Origin: Lingula anatina
Lineage: Eukaryota > Animalia > Brachiopoda
Reading direction: 5' to 3'
Assembly: GCA_051362555.1 (NCBI GenBank)
Contig: CM120644.1
Span: 21,660,534 to 21,724,533 of the forward strand
DNA length: 64,000 nucleotides
Each line of letters opens with the position of its first letter. Within the stretch, counting starts at the first letter, position 1. Below are positions 1-11,029 of this stretch, piece after piece. A program made the translations under genes and the position numbers. The notes below the pieces were generated by a model. It saw only the letters and a program-made list of their open reading frames with translations, was not told where the DNA came from and did not search any database.

Positions 1-205
1 TGATAAGCTGCGCGCCCCTCCTTGGCAATGACTTTCCAGATGGGTTAACAGCCAGGGAAGAACTCATCAGGCACAAGTTTTCATGATTTTTTTTTTTTTT
101 TTGGTATGGGCATAGGGCACCTTCCTAGTTACTAGTAAGAATGCAACATAAAAGATTGTGTCAATTTCATTGTGTTGTATATATTGCATACATTGGCAAA
201 AAAAA

Positions 206-226
206 AAAATAAATAAATAAATAAAA

Positions 227-273
<47 letters not shown>
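206..273. repeat. (AAAT)n microsatellite
   Basis: Direct AAAT tandem run; it explains the low-complexity FIYL ORFs at 67-412. Confidence 0.95.
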
Positions 274-1010
274 AAATATAAAAAATTGTGGGGCAGGTTG
301 GGACAGTTTTTCCAACAACTGACGGACCCTCCGTTTCTCTTCTCACACTGCACCCACTTTGCTTAAACTGCACCCAGGTAAAAATCAGGTCTAAGAAAGC
401 CAGGGAGAACAAGTCTCTTCACACAAATGGATTTTTAATTGCAGAGCAGGCAACATAAAAATTCAATGAAAACAACAATTGGAAAAAAGAAATCAAAGAT
501 ATGAATTAGCATTGGTTGAAGCCACTTAGCAGTAATTGAAAATGAGTAGACAGAACAACGCCAAACAAAATAATGAATATACAAGAAAAAGCTGCAATTG
601 TACATTGCCAGACAAGTGTCCTCCACCAGGGGAATGTGACCCTGAATGTGAAGGCCATATATAAATACACTGTCGGTCATCACTAATGGCACTTTAATCC
701 CTGCGAATTTTTGATCAATGGCGATGAACAGCATACCGTCAGGCAATGCATCAATTTTGGCCTTTGAAAGAGAGAAATCTTCAAAATTTGTGATTCTTCA
801 TAAGAGCAAATAATTTGGAGAAGGTATCTTTATTTTCTATTTGTTTTTTGCATGGACAAGTTGCGCAAGTTGTGTAAAGAATTGTGTTTAGAACATGTGT
901 CCACATAGGGTTTGTAAATATGAATCCAAATGTTCATTGACATATATAAAGAAGTGTTAAATGAGAAATGTCACTTTATTGTTTAGACTGGATTGACATT
1001 CTGTGTCAAG

Positions 1011-1073
1011 TGTCAGTGAAACTACAAGCATAACCATTCAATATTAACATTATTCAAATGTATGCACCTACTG
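1011..1073 (+). mobile_element. RTE-clade LINE AP-endonuclease fragment (decayed)
   Basis: Translates VSVKLQA*PFNINIIQMYAPT, matching the IQxYAPT motif of RTE-type endonucleases; contains an in-frame stop. Confidence 0.7.
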
Positions 1074-1184
1074 TACTGGTAGTGCGCAGTTATATGTTTT
1101 ATGCAGAGAGCAATGCCTCCAATGACCTTGACACTGACTGAACTCCATATGACCTAATGGATAAGACGGCTTGATGGCTGTGCC

Positions 1185-1330
1185 TTTAAAGAGGCGCAAA
1201 TTGGAATGCTGTATGTTGTATTCAACAACAACTTTATGTTCTCATTACTAGTAAAAGGAAAGTCAAGTACCTTGTTACAATTCACTGTCAAGCTCACCGT
1301 TTGTAATTAGGGATGGTTGTCTCATTAAAG
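1185..1330 (+). mobile_element. hAT (ZNF862-like) transposase fragment
   Basis: Translates RGANWNAV...KYLVTIHCQAHRL*LG, containing the hAT CxxH motif (IHCxAHRLEL type). Confidence 0.7.
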
Positions 1331-2164
1331 ACCACTATTACAGAATTAGTGCTTCTCTATGGACACTACCACCAGAGTCCTAAAGCTTGGAACTGAAAGC
1401 AATGAGAAAAATATTGGAGGAAAACCCCACCAAACTGACCTAGGACAGTTGAAGACATTTTAGCAAGAGGTGGCACACCAGAAGTGCCTTCAACAGGTTG
1501 TTCAGAAGACAGTTTACTGACCATGTTGACGCTTGCTATGAAAATATTTGATTCTCCGCCTACTGACTGAATAGTTTTGATTATCATTGTTTTGCACAAA
1601 TGTGTGTTGATAACAAAAATATAAATATATTTGTGTTTTCAAACTATGTATACAAGAGATAATTATTAGCAAGGGGAATTTCCAGTCAGAACAACATGCA
1701 CCTCTATATCAGATGCATCAAACTAAAATTACATCTTAAATTTATACACTGAACTCTTTGTCACATGAAAGGGAGATGGGGGCAACTTCCTTCCAAAAGG
1801 GCCAAGCCAGCTTTGCTGCACAAAGACAATCACTGGATTCCAAACATGATGGACGAGGCCAGATAGAGGTATGCCAAAACTTGGAGAATTGAGGTATATA
1901 AATCATTAAAAGCACTTAATAATAAAATGTATAAAGCTAATTTTAAAATATGGAATATTACATACCTTACAGCTTAACCATTTACTTAGGCAATTTTGAA
2001 AATTTTGAACCTGTAACAATAAATTATCTGATTCCGATAAATATAATTAAGAATGGTAGACAAGTTGAAAAAATAACATGTAAGACATATTACAGTAGTC
2101 CTATTTTTTTTTTTAAATCTGAAAAATTGATCACATATTTCAAGAAATATTGAAATATCTTTCA

Positions 2165-3260
2165 GATTAGATATCTGGCAGCGTATACGATTGACAACAT
2201 CGGTGCCAAAGTCAGAAGAGTAATAAAAGAAACTGTAGCCCACGATATGCAGTTGTTATACCATGTGTTACAATATCGAAAACCAGTTGTACCATTACTA
2301 TGGTACAATACACCAAATTAAATATGACTTTCTGACCGATATTTCAGAATGTGATTCAGCATGTTTTTACAGTGAGAGATAAAATGTTATTTTCTGAATA
2401 TTTTATCTTTATTTCTATTTACAGAGGCAGTTAGGTTGCATCATTCAAACAATGTCTCTGAAGACATTTTTAGATCTTATGTTAAAAATTTTCTGAACAG
2501 ATCACAAGACAGGAATGGCGGAAGAAGGAAAAGAGCTGTGAAAGATCTAATTTAAATTATTTGGCTAATTATTAAAGGAGTTCTTACCAATATAGATCAG
2601 GCTAATATACCTGTTGGAATTTTAATTATTTAATTTATTTAATTATATGTTTGTAAACATTGTAACAGGATAAGGAAGATTCTTAATTTATTACCTCATG
2701 TTAGGGGGTTAGTGCTCTCAGAGCAATGTCTGCATGTACTTGCAGAGAGTTTGGCATGTGTCAGGGATATTGTTATTTACAAGGTGCCTTTTTCATGGGT
2801 ATTTTTTATGATGTTTTGCTTTGCTGCATTGTTAAACTTTGCATTCTATTTGTACTTGTATTATGAACATTATATGTTGCTGTTACTTTCTATTTTAATC
2901 TATTATTCATCAGCTGGTAACATTTGAAGCTGCATTCAGCATGTTTTATGCAGGTGTTGCTTTTATCTTTTTAATGTTTTTATATGTTTTTAAAACTTTG
3001 CATTTTTTTCTTGTACATTAGAGGTATTATTCTTATATTCTATTTTATGTATTAATTGGCAAGTTATTTTTGAAACTGCATTCTATATGGATATTGCATT
3101 TGAGGAGTGGCCCTTAATTTGTTACATGTATGTTGCCAGCAAGGTTATATAATGTGTAATAATTTTGTTTAGTTTTGTAGCACAGAATAAATACTTGAAT
3201 CTTGTATGTCTTTTTTTATAGTAATCTTATTGAATAATTAAAATGTATTATTATTTAACA

Positions 3261-3302
<42 letters not shown>

Positions 3303-3377
3303 CCATATGTGGTCCACATCCAGCCCTAATCTGGCCTCTTTGATATTGATCTGGCCCACATCTGGCATGCCATAGTG
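2165..3377 (+). mobile_element. 3' part of a CACTA/EnSpm-like element with DUF4806-like accessory ORF exons
   Basis: Exon-like piece after TACAG at ~2425 reads EAVRLHHSNNVSEDIFRSYVKNFLNRSQDRNGGRRKRA (DRxGGR C-terminal motif). AATAAA at ~3186, ATCTGGC-type subterminal repeats at 3296-3367, and terminus ...CCATAGTG (CACTA on the - strand) at 3377. Confidence 0.5.
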
Positions 3378-4123
3378 ATAATGAACTTAGAAAATGAGTT
3401 CTTATTGCAGAGAAAAGGAGCGGCCAAGGGCAAAAAAATGGCCCCTCAGTATGTTAACTAATTTATGATCAACTTACAAAAGTCTGTCCTTAACAAAGCC
3501 CTGAAAAAGCCTCTATTCTATTGATGACATCTTCTTACTATGAACACAGGGAGAATCAGACCTTAAAGAATTTGCAGAACTTTGAAGAAAACCCTTGATT
3601 CGCTTTACTCTCAACTTCTCTAACCAAAAACAAAACCATTTGGCTACCACGGTCTCCATAAATACCAATAGACTGGCAACATGCATATATATATAGAAAA
3701 TCCACAGATCACTGACCTTACCCACATAACAATAGTTTCCATCCTTTGCATATAAAAAAATCTATTGTATATCATCATACTTCAAGATATTATCATCATG
3801 CAGGTGAATTTATATGCATGATAATATCACAGAATCAACTTGGAACCCAAAGCATCAGTTCACTCATAGAGTGCTGATCTAAGAGCAGATCACAATTCCC
3901 AAATGGTGCCACAATAGGAATGTGTGGAAAGGATTCTGGTGTGGTTTCTCTCTGACTTCAAGAAAGTGCACATGCAGTGCAACAACATGACAATAGAAAG
4001 TGTTCCAAACATGCCTAGCACCCAGGAATAGTCATGGACTGGGACCTAGAATTGCCTTATGATATTTTTTGTAGTGTCATTCCGATTGCTTTACAGAGTA
4101 ACACATGGTGTACCTCCTAAACA

Positions 4124-4951
4124 TCACCTCTGCACCCTGTATTCCATATCAACATCAGCACTGACAGTGTCACCTCTGCACCCTGTATTCAATATCAACA
4201 TCAGCACTGACAGTGTCACGTCTGCACCCTGTATTCAATATCAACATCAGCACTGACAGTGTCACGTCTGCACCCTGTATTCAATATCAACATCAGCACT
4301 GACAGTGTCACGTCTGCACCCTGTATTCAATATCAACATCAGCACTGACAGTGTCACGTTTGCACCCTGTATTCCATATCAACATCAGCACTGACAGTGT
4401 CACGTCTGCACCCTGTATTCCATATCAACATCAGCACTGACAGTGTCACGTCTGCACCCTGTATTCAATATCAACATCAGCACTGACAGTGTCACGTCTG
4501 CACCCTGTATTCAATATCAACATCAGCACTGACAGTGTCACGTTTGCACCCTGTATTCCATATCAACATCAGCACTGACAGTGTCACGTTTGCACCCTGT
4601 ATTCCATATCAACATCAGCACTGACAGTGTCACGTCTGCACCCTGTATTCAATATCAACATCAGCACTGACAGTGTCACGTCTGCACCCTGTATTCCATA
4701 TCAACATCAGCACTGACAGTGTCACGTCTGCACCCTGTATTCCATATCAACATCAGCACTGACAGTGTCACGTTTGCACCCTGTATTCAATATCAACATC
4801 AGCACTGACAGTGTCACGTTTGCACCCTGTATTCCATATCAACATCAGCACTGACAGTGTCACGTTTGCACCCTGTATTCCATATCAACATCAGCACTGA
4901 CAGTGTCACGTTTGCACCCTGTATTCCATATCAACATCAGCACTGATAGTG
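4124..4951. repeat. 46-bp minisatellite, ~18 copies
   Basis: Unit T(C/T)TGCACCCTGTATTC(A/C)ATATCAACATCAGCACTGACAGTGTCACG starts at 4129, 4175, 4221 ... 4911. Confidence 0.97.
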
Positions 4952-5188
4952 TATCTTCTTAAAATTATCAACAGAAAATGACCCCACTATTTCATGGCCA
5001 TTTTCTTACCATGTTATACACATTCACTGCACAAAATATTATTGATATTTGTTATACATTTGTGTTAATTCAACTTGTTGCAGAATTTACAGTTGCGTGT
5101 TACATTAATAAAGAGAAAAGTGTCCTTCCAAGTGAGTTGTCTCAGATTCCTTCGTACCTCAGCTGGTACCTTGGGAAACAATAAGCAT

Positions 5189-6596
5189 TGTAACGTCCCG
5201 TCCCCCTACTGTAATTGTTTCTGTCATTGTAAGAAACTTTAATCTTAAGATGACAAAACTACCGCTACAATGCATTGATGATGCATGGAAGCTGCCATAT
5301 TTGCCACTTCATGCTGACCTATGCCGCACGCGTAACTCGTGCTCCGCACGACTGCTGACGTTGCCGCGTCAGAGTATAAATAGAGGAGCGCTCTGACGGG
5401 AGCGCTCTGTCTGGCTGTCTATTCCAAGGTACCGGTAGAAGACAGAGAAGAACCCAAAACAGATTTCAAAGAAGAATCATCAGTGAGTGTTAGGGCAGCC
5501 CTTAGGGGCTAGCCCGCTTCTTTTTTTTTTTTTTTTAGGGGGGATCCTGATAAGGGATTTAAATGTTTAGTAGATTTAACGGTATATTATAACTGCATTT
5601 ATTCCTTTGCTAGATTAACTAGAAGCTTTAATAAAATTTTATTCCCAGGTAGCCCCAGTATTCATTACTAACTGTAATAGTTTATACAGAGTCCGATTAT
5701 GGACACAGACTAGTTAAGTTTGTTATTGTTACTGCAGTTGTTTTATTGACAGAAGTAAGTATTTAAGTTCGTTACACAGCCGTCAATTCTTTGACAGCAG
5801 TGAGCAGTTAAAGCTAAGCATAGGGTAGTTTTTATTATTTTTATTATCTTATTTTCGCTTATTTTCCTTTCTAACCATTCCATGTGGTCATTTAAGGACC
5901 ATGTCATTTCAGTCATAGTTAAAAGTCATGTTGTTTTCCGAGAAAATGTCAGTCATTCCATGTTGTCATCTAATGACCGCGTCAATTCAATCATTGTTAG
6001 GTCAGGTTGTCTTTTAGGGACATCATGTTGTCTTCAGGGACAACGTTCGTCAGTCATTCCGTGTTGTCATCTAATGACCACATCATTTCAGTCATAGTTA
6101 AGTTAGGTTGTCTTTTAGGGACAACGTCATGGGGGGGGGGGGGGATTACCAGTGTTTAGCACAGTGCATATTGGAAGAGTTACTCTCTGTGTGCACACCG
6201 ACAGCTGACTTGAATTTCCCTAGTGACTGCGGCCTTGCGATGTGGTATGAACTCCCTACCATGAGGACATCTTGAAGAGAGAATTACAGAACGGACAGCA
6301 CCACAGAGATGATGTCGTCGCGCGCAACATTTGAAATTTATGAACTTTAATGACCATAAGTCTTGTCAAAGGATACTTGGAAATGCATGAACTATTGTGG
6401 CCATAAGTCACGTTTATATTGCATGAATTTTCATATTCAATGTTTGAAGATTTCATAATCATATTGGAAATGTAATACATGTCTTTTTATTTCTGAAGGT
6501 TGGGGATAAACTTTCCCCAAGGTACAGGTAACATCAATCCCACACCGCGTCGGGGTGTCGTCGCCAACTCGAGGTGGACGGCCGCGTCGCATTGCA
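5189..6596 (+). mobile_element. TGT..ACA-bounded LTR-like element, copy A (internally deleted)
   Basis: Starts TGTAACG; TATAAATAG at ~5375; AATAAA at ~5630; CGTTACA at 5770-5776; ends CATTGCA (degenerate CGTTACA). Flanks GCAT/GTAT are a possible 4-bp TSD. Collinear with 16636-18867. Confidence 0.7.
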
Positions 6597-6711
6597 GTAT
6601 AATAAAACACATTTCCTCTTGTGCTGTGTCAATATTCATATAGTACACTTGGGACTGGGTTCTACATAGAAAGTGTAATACAAAACCCTGTTAAATTAAA
6701 CAAACTTCTTA

Positions 6712-6915
6712 ATCTAAAAAATATGAAAGAAACTAGCGAGGAATTTCCAAGCTACATGTTTTGTTCATGACATTTTGTTTTGTAATATCTGTCACACTGG
6801 AGAAAATGAGAGGATCTAAAAAATATGAAAGAAACTAGCGAGGAATTTCCAAGCTACATGTTTTGTTCATGACATTTTGTTTTGTAATATCTGTCACACT
6901 GGAGAAAATGAGAGG
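6712..6915. repeat. Perfect 102-bp tandem duplication
   Basis: ATCTAAAAAATATGAAAG...GAAAATGAGAGG occurs at 6712-6813 and again at 6814-6915. Confidence 0.95.
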
Positions 6916-7398
6916 ATGTCGGTTGGTGCCTAGAGAGAACATTTTTTATAATATCTAACATATTTTATCACAAGAAAACTGAACTGCATATTAAAAACCG
7001 GGCCTATCTGAAATAATAAACAAACAATAACCAGTTAGATCTGGTCACTCCCATGGAACTAGTTCAAGGTTATGAAAGTCATTTCTTATCGAAAATAAAA
7101 AATTAAAGTCTTGAAAAATTGACATTTTTTGCTGCTGCAACATTTTGTATTGCTATATGTTGCTTTCGGAAAAAGGCACCACTATCTCCCTTGCATCTGG
7201 TGTTGAGGTCATCATACAAAAGATTTTAATTTTGGTGTCATAAGGTAATTAAACCTGACAACATACACATAATTTAGTTTTGAATTTTGGTGAATTATCA
7301 GTGATGTGACATATTGTTATAATTAAAGGCTTGCTTTAGGAGACAATTTTTCAAGAGTAAAACAGCTTTTTGGACTTTGGGTCAAAAAAATATTACGA

Positions 7399-7645
7399 TC
7401 TGTGAAGGGAGAATAGTCTTTTGAGCTCTGAATGGCAGCATTCGCCTTGTGATAACCCTTCTGTGAAGGGAGAATAGTCTTTTGAGCTCTAAATGGCCAT
7501 ATTTGCCATGTATTACCCTTTCTGTGAAGGGAGAATAGTCTTTTGAGCTCTTAATGGTCACGTTTGCCATATTTTACCCTTTCTGTGAAGGGAGAATAGT
7601 ATTTTGAGCTCTGAATTGCCATATTTGCCATGTGTTATCCTTTCT
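7399..7645. repeat. ~61-bp imperfect tandem repeat, 4 copies
   Basis: TCTGTGAAGGGAGAATAGTCTTTTGAGCTCT recurs at ~7399, 7460, 7522 and 7583. Confidence 0.9.
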
Positions 7646-8406
7646 GATGCAATAGAAAATCACACATTTTTCAGCTCTTAATGCACAATTTTGATAATAA
7701 ATATAATCAATTTAAAAAATAAATAAATTATTTCATAGTATGTTGATGGGAATTACATGTAAAAATAATGTAAATTTTGATTTCAATCTAATACATCAAA
7801 ACTAAAATCTAATGTACATATGTAACTCAAAGTCACATGCAAATTAAAGATAGCAGCAACGTTTTCCAGAGGCAACCAAATGTGACAGCAACAAATAAAT
7901 TTAATCTTCTCAGAGACTATAAAGGTAAAAAGTGTACTTTTAATAAGCCTGGAAAGAGTTTCACTAGTTTCAGATCTGTTTATTGTTTGTTAATTATCAC
8001 AAACAAGATGCTAAATGATATATAATGACAATCAAGCTAGATGGGCCTTCTATCAGGGACTCAATCCAGACCTTGCCACTGACAGATGAATGGTAATATA
8101 TGGCTGTTGGATAGAGATAATTAGAATTAATGTTGACTCCTTCTCGCATTATGGAATGACCAAAACCCAAACTGGAAGTTGCCGTTTTTACCCAGCATGC
8201 AGAGCATAAGCAATTCCTGTTACCACGTACGTTTCAAAATAACTGGACAAGCCCTATCAAAACTATAATTGACTGAAAGAGAATGCCCCACGTTGCTGTT
8301 ATGCAATGCACATGTTATAGCCAAACACAACAGGTGAAATTGTTTTCTAACTAACGCTAATTGCATAGGAAATGAAAGTAGAAATCACTGTTGCATTGTT
8401 TTTCAG

Positions 8407-8722
8407 GTCCATTAATCTTGTGTGCCATCTGTGGCCTGTATTAGAGTCTGGGGACATGCCCTCTGGAAACATCTTAGGTGATTCGGCCTATGTTCTGAGG
8501 TCTTGGCTCATGACACCCAAAATACAGTCGGGTAGAAGAGAAAAGGAAGAAAAGATGTGGGGAGAAGAGGAAAAGGCATGCTGAAGAAAACGGGAGAGCA
8601 GAAATGTGAGTAATTACACTGTTCAATACAGCCCATAAGAAGACACGAATTCTCACCAAGTGCCCTTTTAGGGGTCCTAAAGAACTGTTTCAGTTGAATG
8701 GTTAATTTTAATTTGTTAGTTA

Positions 8723-8773
<51 letters not shown>

Positions 8774-9180
8774 AATTTAGTATTACACATTTCTTTCCTT
8801 GTGTGAAATTTATTTCAAGTAAAGTAATAACAATTACACTGTCATTCCTAGTATTATTACTCTTACGCACAGTTGCTATTATCATAATTAATGTCATTTT
8901 TCATAAAAAGGAAAAAAAAAAAAAAAAAAAAACAATCTGCCCTCAACAAAACTTTATTTTTTAATGCTTTCAGGTGCCTTCACAAGTCAGGAGGGTGCCT
9001 GATATATTCCCCAGAGGCCAGTGCCAACATCATTCTGGCATGTTGCAAGCTACACAATTTTTGGATCAGGGAAGGGATGCCTGATGTTGAGGTGGAGGCT
9101 TGTGTTCAAGAGTGTCAAGATGTGCATCTGGGAGAGTACCCAGCTGATGGGGTACAGTGTAGAGAGTGTCTCATTGCTAT
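8407..9180 (+). mobile_element. PIF/Harbinger (HARBI1-like) DDE nuclease, C-terminal half, decayed and intron-containing
   Basis: Motifs LGDSAYVLRSWLMTP, FNTAHKKTR and RCLHKSGGCLIYSPEASANIILACCKLHNF. Confidence 0.88.
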
Positions 9181-9182
9181 AG

Positions 9183-9442
9183 TACAATACACCAAATTAA
9201 ATGACTTTCTGACCAATATTTCAGAATGTGATTCAGCATATTTTTACAGTGAGAGATAAAATGTTATTTTCTGAATATTTTTTCTTTATTTCTATTTACA
9301 GAGGCAGTTAGGTCGCATCATTCAAACAATGTCTCTGAAGACATTTTTAGATCTTATGTAAAAAATTTTCTGAATGGATCACAAGACAGGAGGAAGGAAA
9401 AGAGCCGTGAAAGATCTAATTTAAATTATTTGGCTAATTATT
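9183..9442 (+). repeat. Second copy of segment 2303-2573 (DUF4806-like exon and flanks)
   Basis: Near-identical TACAATACACCAAATTAAAT...GGCTAATTATT at both positions. Confidence 0.92.
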
Positions 9443-9454
9443 CTATCTTCATTA

Positions 9455-9575
9455 TTGGATTAACATCAGATGGCACTAGCAACATGACTGGAAATGGAAA
9501 GGGGTAATGTTGCCCTATTCAAAAAGGACCACTCTCAAAAGTTACCATGGCATTGTCCTGCCCAACATCTCAAGC
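9455..9575 (+). mobile_element. hAT transposase fragment (catalytic DG motif)
   Basis: Reads ITSDGTSNMTG, then WHCPAQHLKLG in a shifted frame. Confidence 0.6.
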
Positions 9576-9577
9576 TG

Positions 9578-10474
9578 GGCTGGCTTTCACAAAATGTTAC
9601 GCAATTTGCATACTCACTATAGTTTGCGCACTTGCGTTAATTTTTTTTTTTGAATAACTTTCACGAAACCATTTGCAATTTTCTTCGCTAAGAGCGCACA
9701 ATGTCGTGACAGGAAGAAACATTGTAATCTCGAAACCCAACTCCTTCGGCAGCAAAGGCAAGAAATATAACAACAAATGCTTGTCCTCCATTGCGCTCCG
9801 TGTCCATGTGTACAGTTATCGCAATGAAGGAGCTGACAGGGTTTCCAAAGAAGAGGAGTCATTTTTTCCGACAAAGAAATAGATATTTTCACAAATATGT
9901 AATGTTTTATTCCTAAAAACTGGGGAAAGTTTACATAAAAAATTAAATAAATTACTGTGATTTATATAGATATATATTGTTATATTCTTTTTTATCAGGA
10001 TCAACAGTGTCTCCCTAAATATATGGAAATTTTCAGAGGTGAGAAAGAAATGGTACGACTATTCCAGTTGTACAAAAAGGAAGGAGGCAGAGAGAAGAAG
10101 AAAGGAGATGAGGAGGACTGGGGGAGGTCCAAAACCTCCACAGCTCACAGCTAGGGAGCAAAAAGTAAGTTTATAAAAATATAGTTCAAATTATTATTTT
10201 AAAAAAATTGTGTCCTGTGTCTATTATTATTATAAAAAATTATTTACGAAACTAATATATTTAATATATTTTGTCCAGGTCATAGAGATCATTGGTGATG
10301 TGGCCGTAGAGGGTGTAAGAAGGCTGGAGCAGAATGACTCTTTCTGCTTTGAATGTGGTACTTCTGGTTATGATTTACTTGATTTATATTCATTCATTGA
10401 ACTATTATTTTGAAAAAAAAAGGGGGGGGAGGGGACTTTGCACAATTTGCAAAATGTTTCGTGAAAGCGGGGCC
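9578..10474 (+). mobile_element. Non-autonomous Harbinger element carrying a Myb/SANT-like ORF2 remnant
   Basis: Imperfect TIRs GGCTGGCTTTCACAAAA / TTTCGTGAAAGCGGGGCC and a CTG TSD. The spliced fragment VRKKWYDYSSCTKRKEAERRRKEMRRTGGGPKPPQLTAREQK|VIEIIGDVAVEGV (GT-AG intron ~10165-10278) is typical of Harbinger Myb_DNA-bind_5 proteins. Confidence 0.8.
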
Positions 10475-11029
10475 CTGGCCCTGAAGGATGCTATATGAAA
10501 AACTGCATAATTGATAAGATAACCTCCAGTTGGAAGAGCTCAATGAAGTTTTATCTACAGGGCTTTCAAAGGTGTGGCCCTAATGGGAGCCATTCCAAAG
10601 ATGAAACACAGGGCCAAAATGGTCGCACACTTACGCCAAGTAATCACAGACAGTTTTGTTACTTTTCCAGATAAAGTGTTTATGTCTATGAAAGTGTTAG
10701 GTGGAGGTAAAGACGAGGAGGATATAGGAAAACCACCAGCTAAAATACCTTGGAGCATAGGTGTTGTTTGTCTGAAGTCAGTTGTGAAAATCCTTCAATT
10801 TTCTCTAAAATAGACTGTGCAAAAGAACAGGTGACCCAGTGCTTCACTACTCTCTATTCACAGTGGGGCCATTCTGATTATAAGACAGTGAGTCAAAAAA
10901 TTGTATCAGCTGTTGACGTTTTTGATGACATATGGTCTTTTATCATTTTCACTTTAAAAAAGGTTTTGTTGAAAGAATTAAGAGAGGATTTTAATGGACG
11001 ATCTCACTAAAATGCTTAATGTTATAATA

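Noticed and set aside
67-412. Three overlapping minus-strand ORFs rich in FIYL
   Set aside because: Translations of the (AAAT)n microsatellite.
435-746. 103-aa hydrophobic minus-strand ORF
   Set aside because: No recognisable motif or splice context; composition is explained by an A-rich opposite strand.
3400-4060. Possible further decayed coding fragment on +
   Set aside because: Many stops and no motif I could assign with confidence.
4124-4951. CRISPR-like array
   Set aside because: Units are contiguous with no unique spacers, there are no cas genes, and the context is eukaryotic; the same holds for 38729-39079.
5777-5810. Primer-binding site after CGTTACA at 5776
   Set aside because: TGACAGCAGTGAG only loosely resembles a tRNA-Leu PBS, lacks TGG and is offset from the putative LTR end; copy B lacks the internal CGTTACA.
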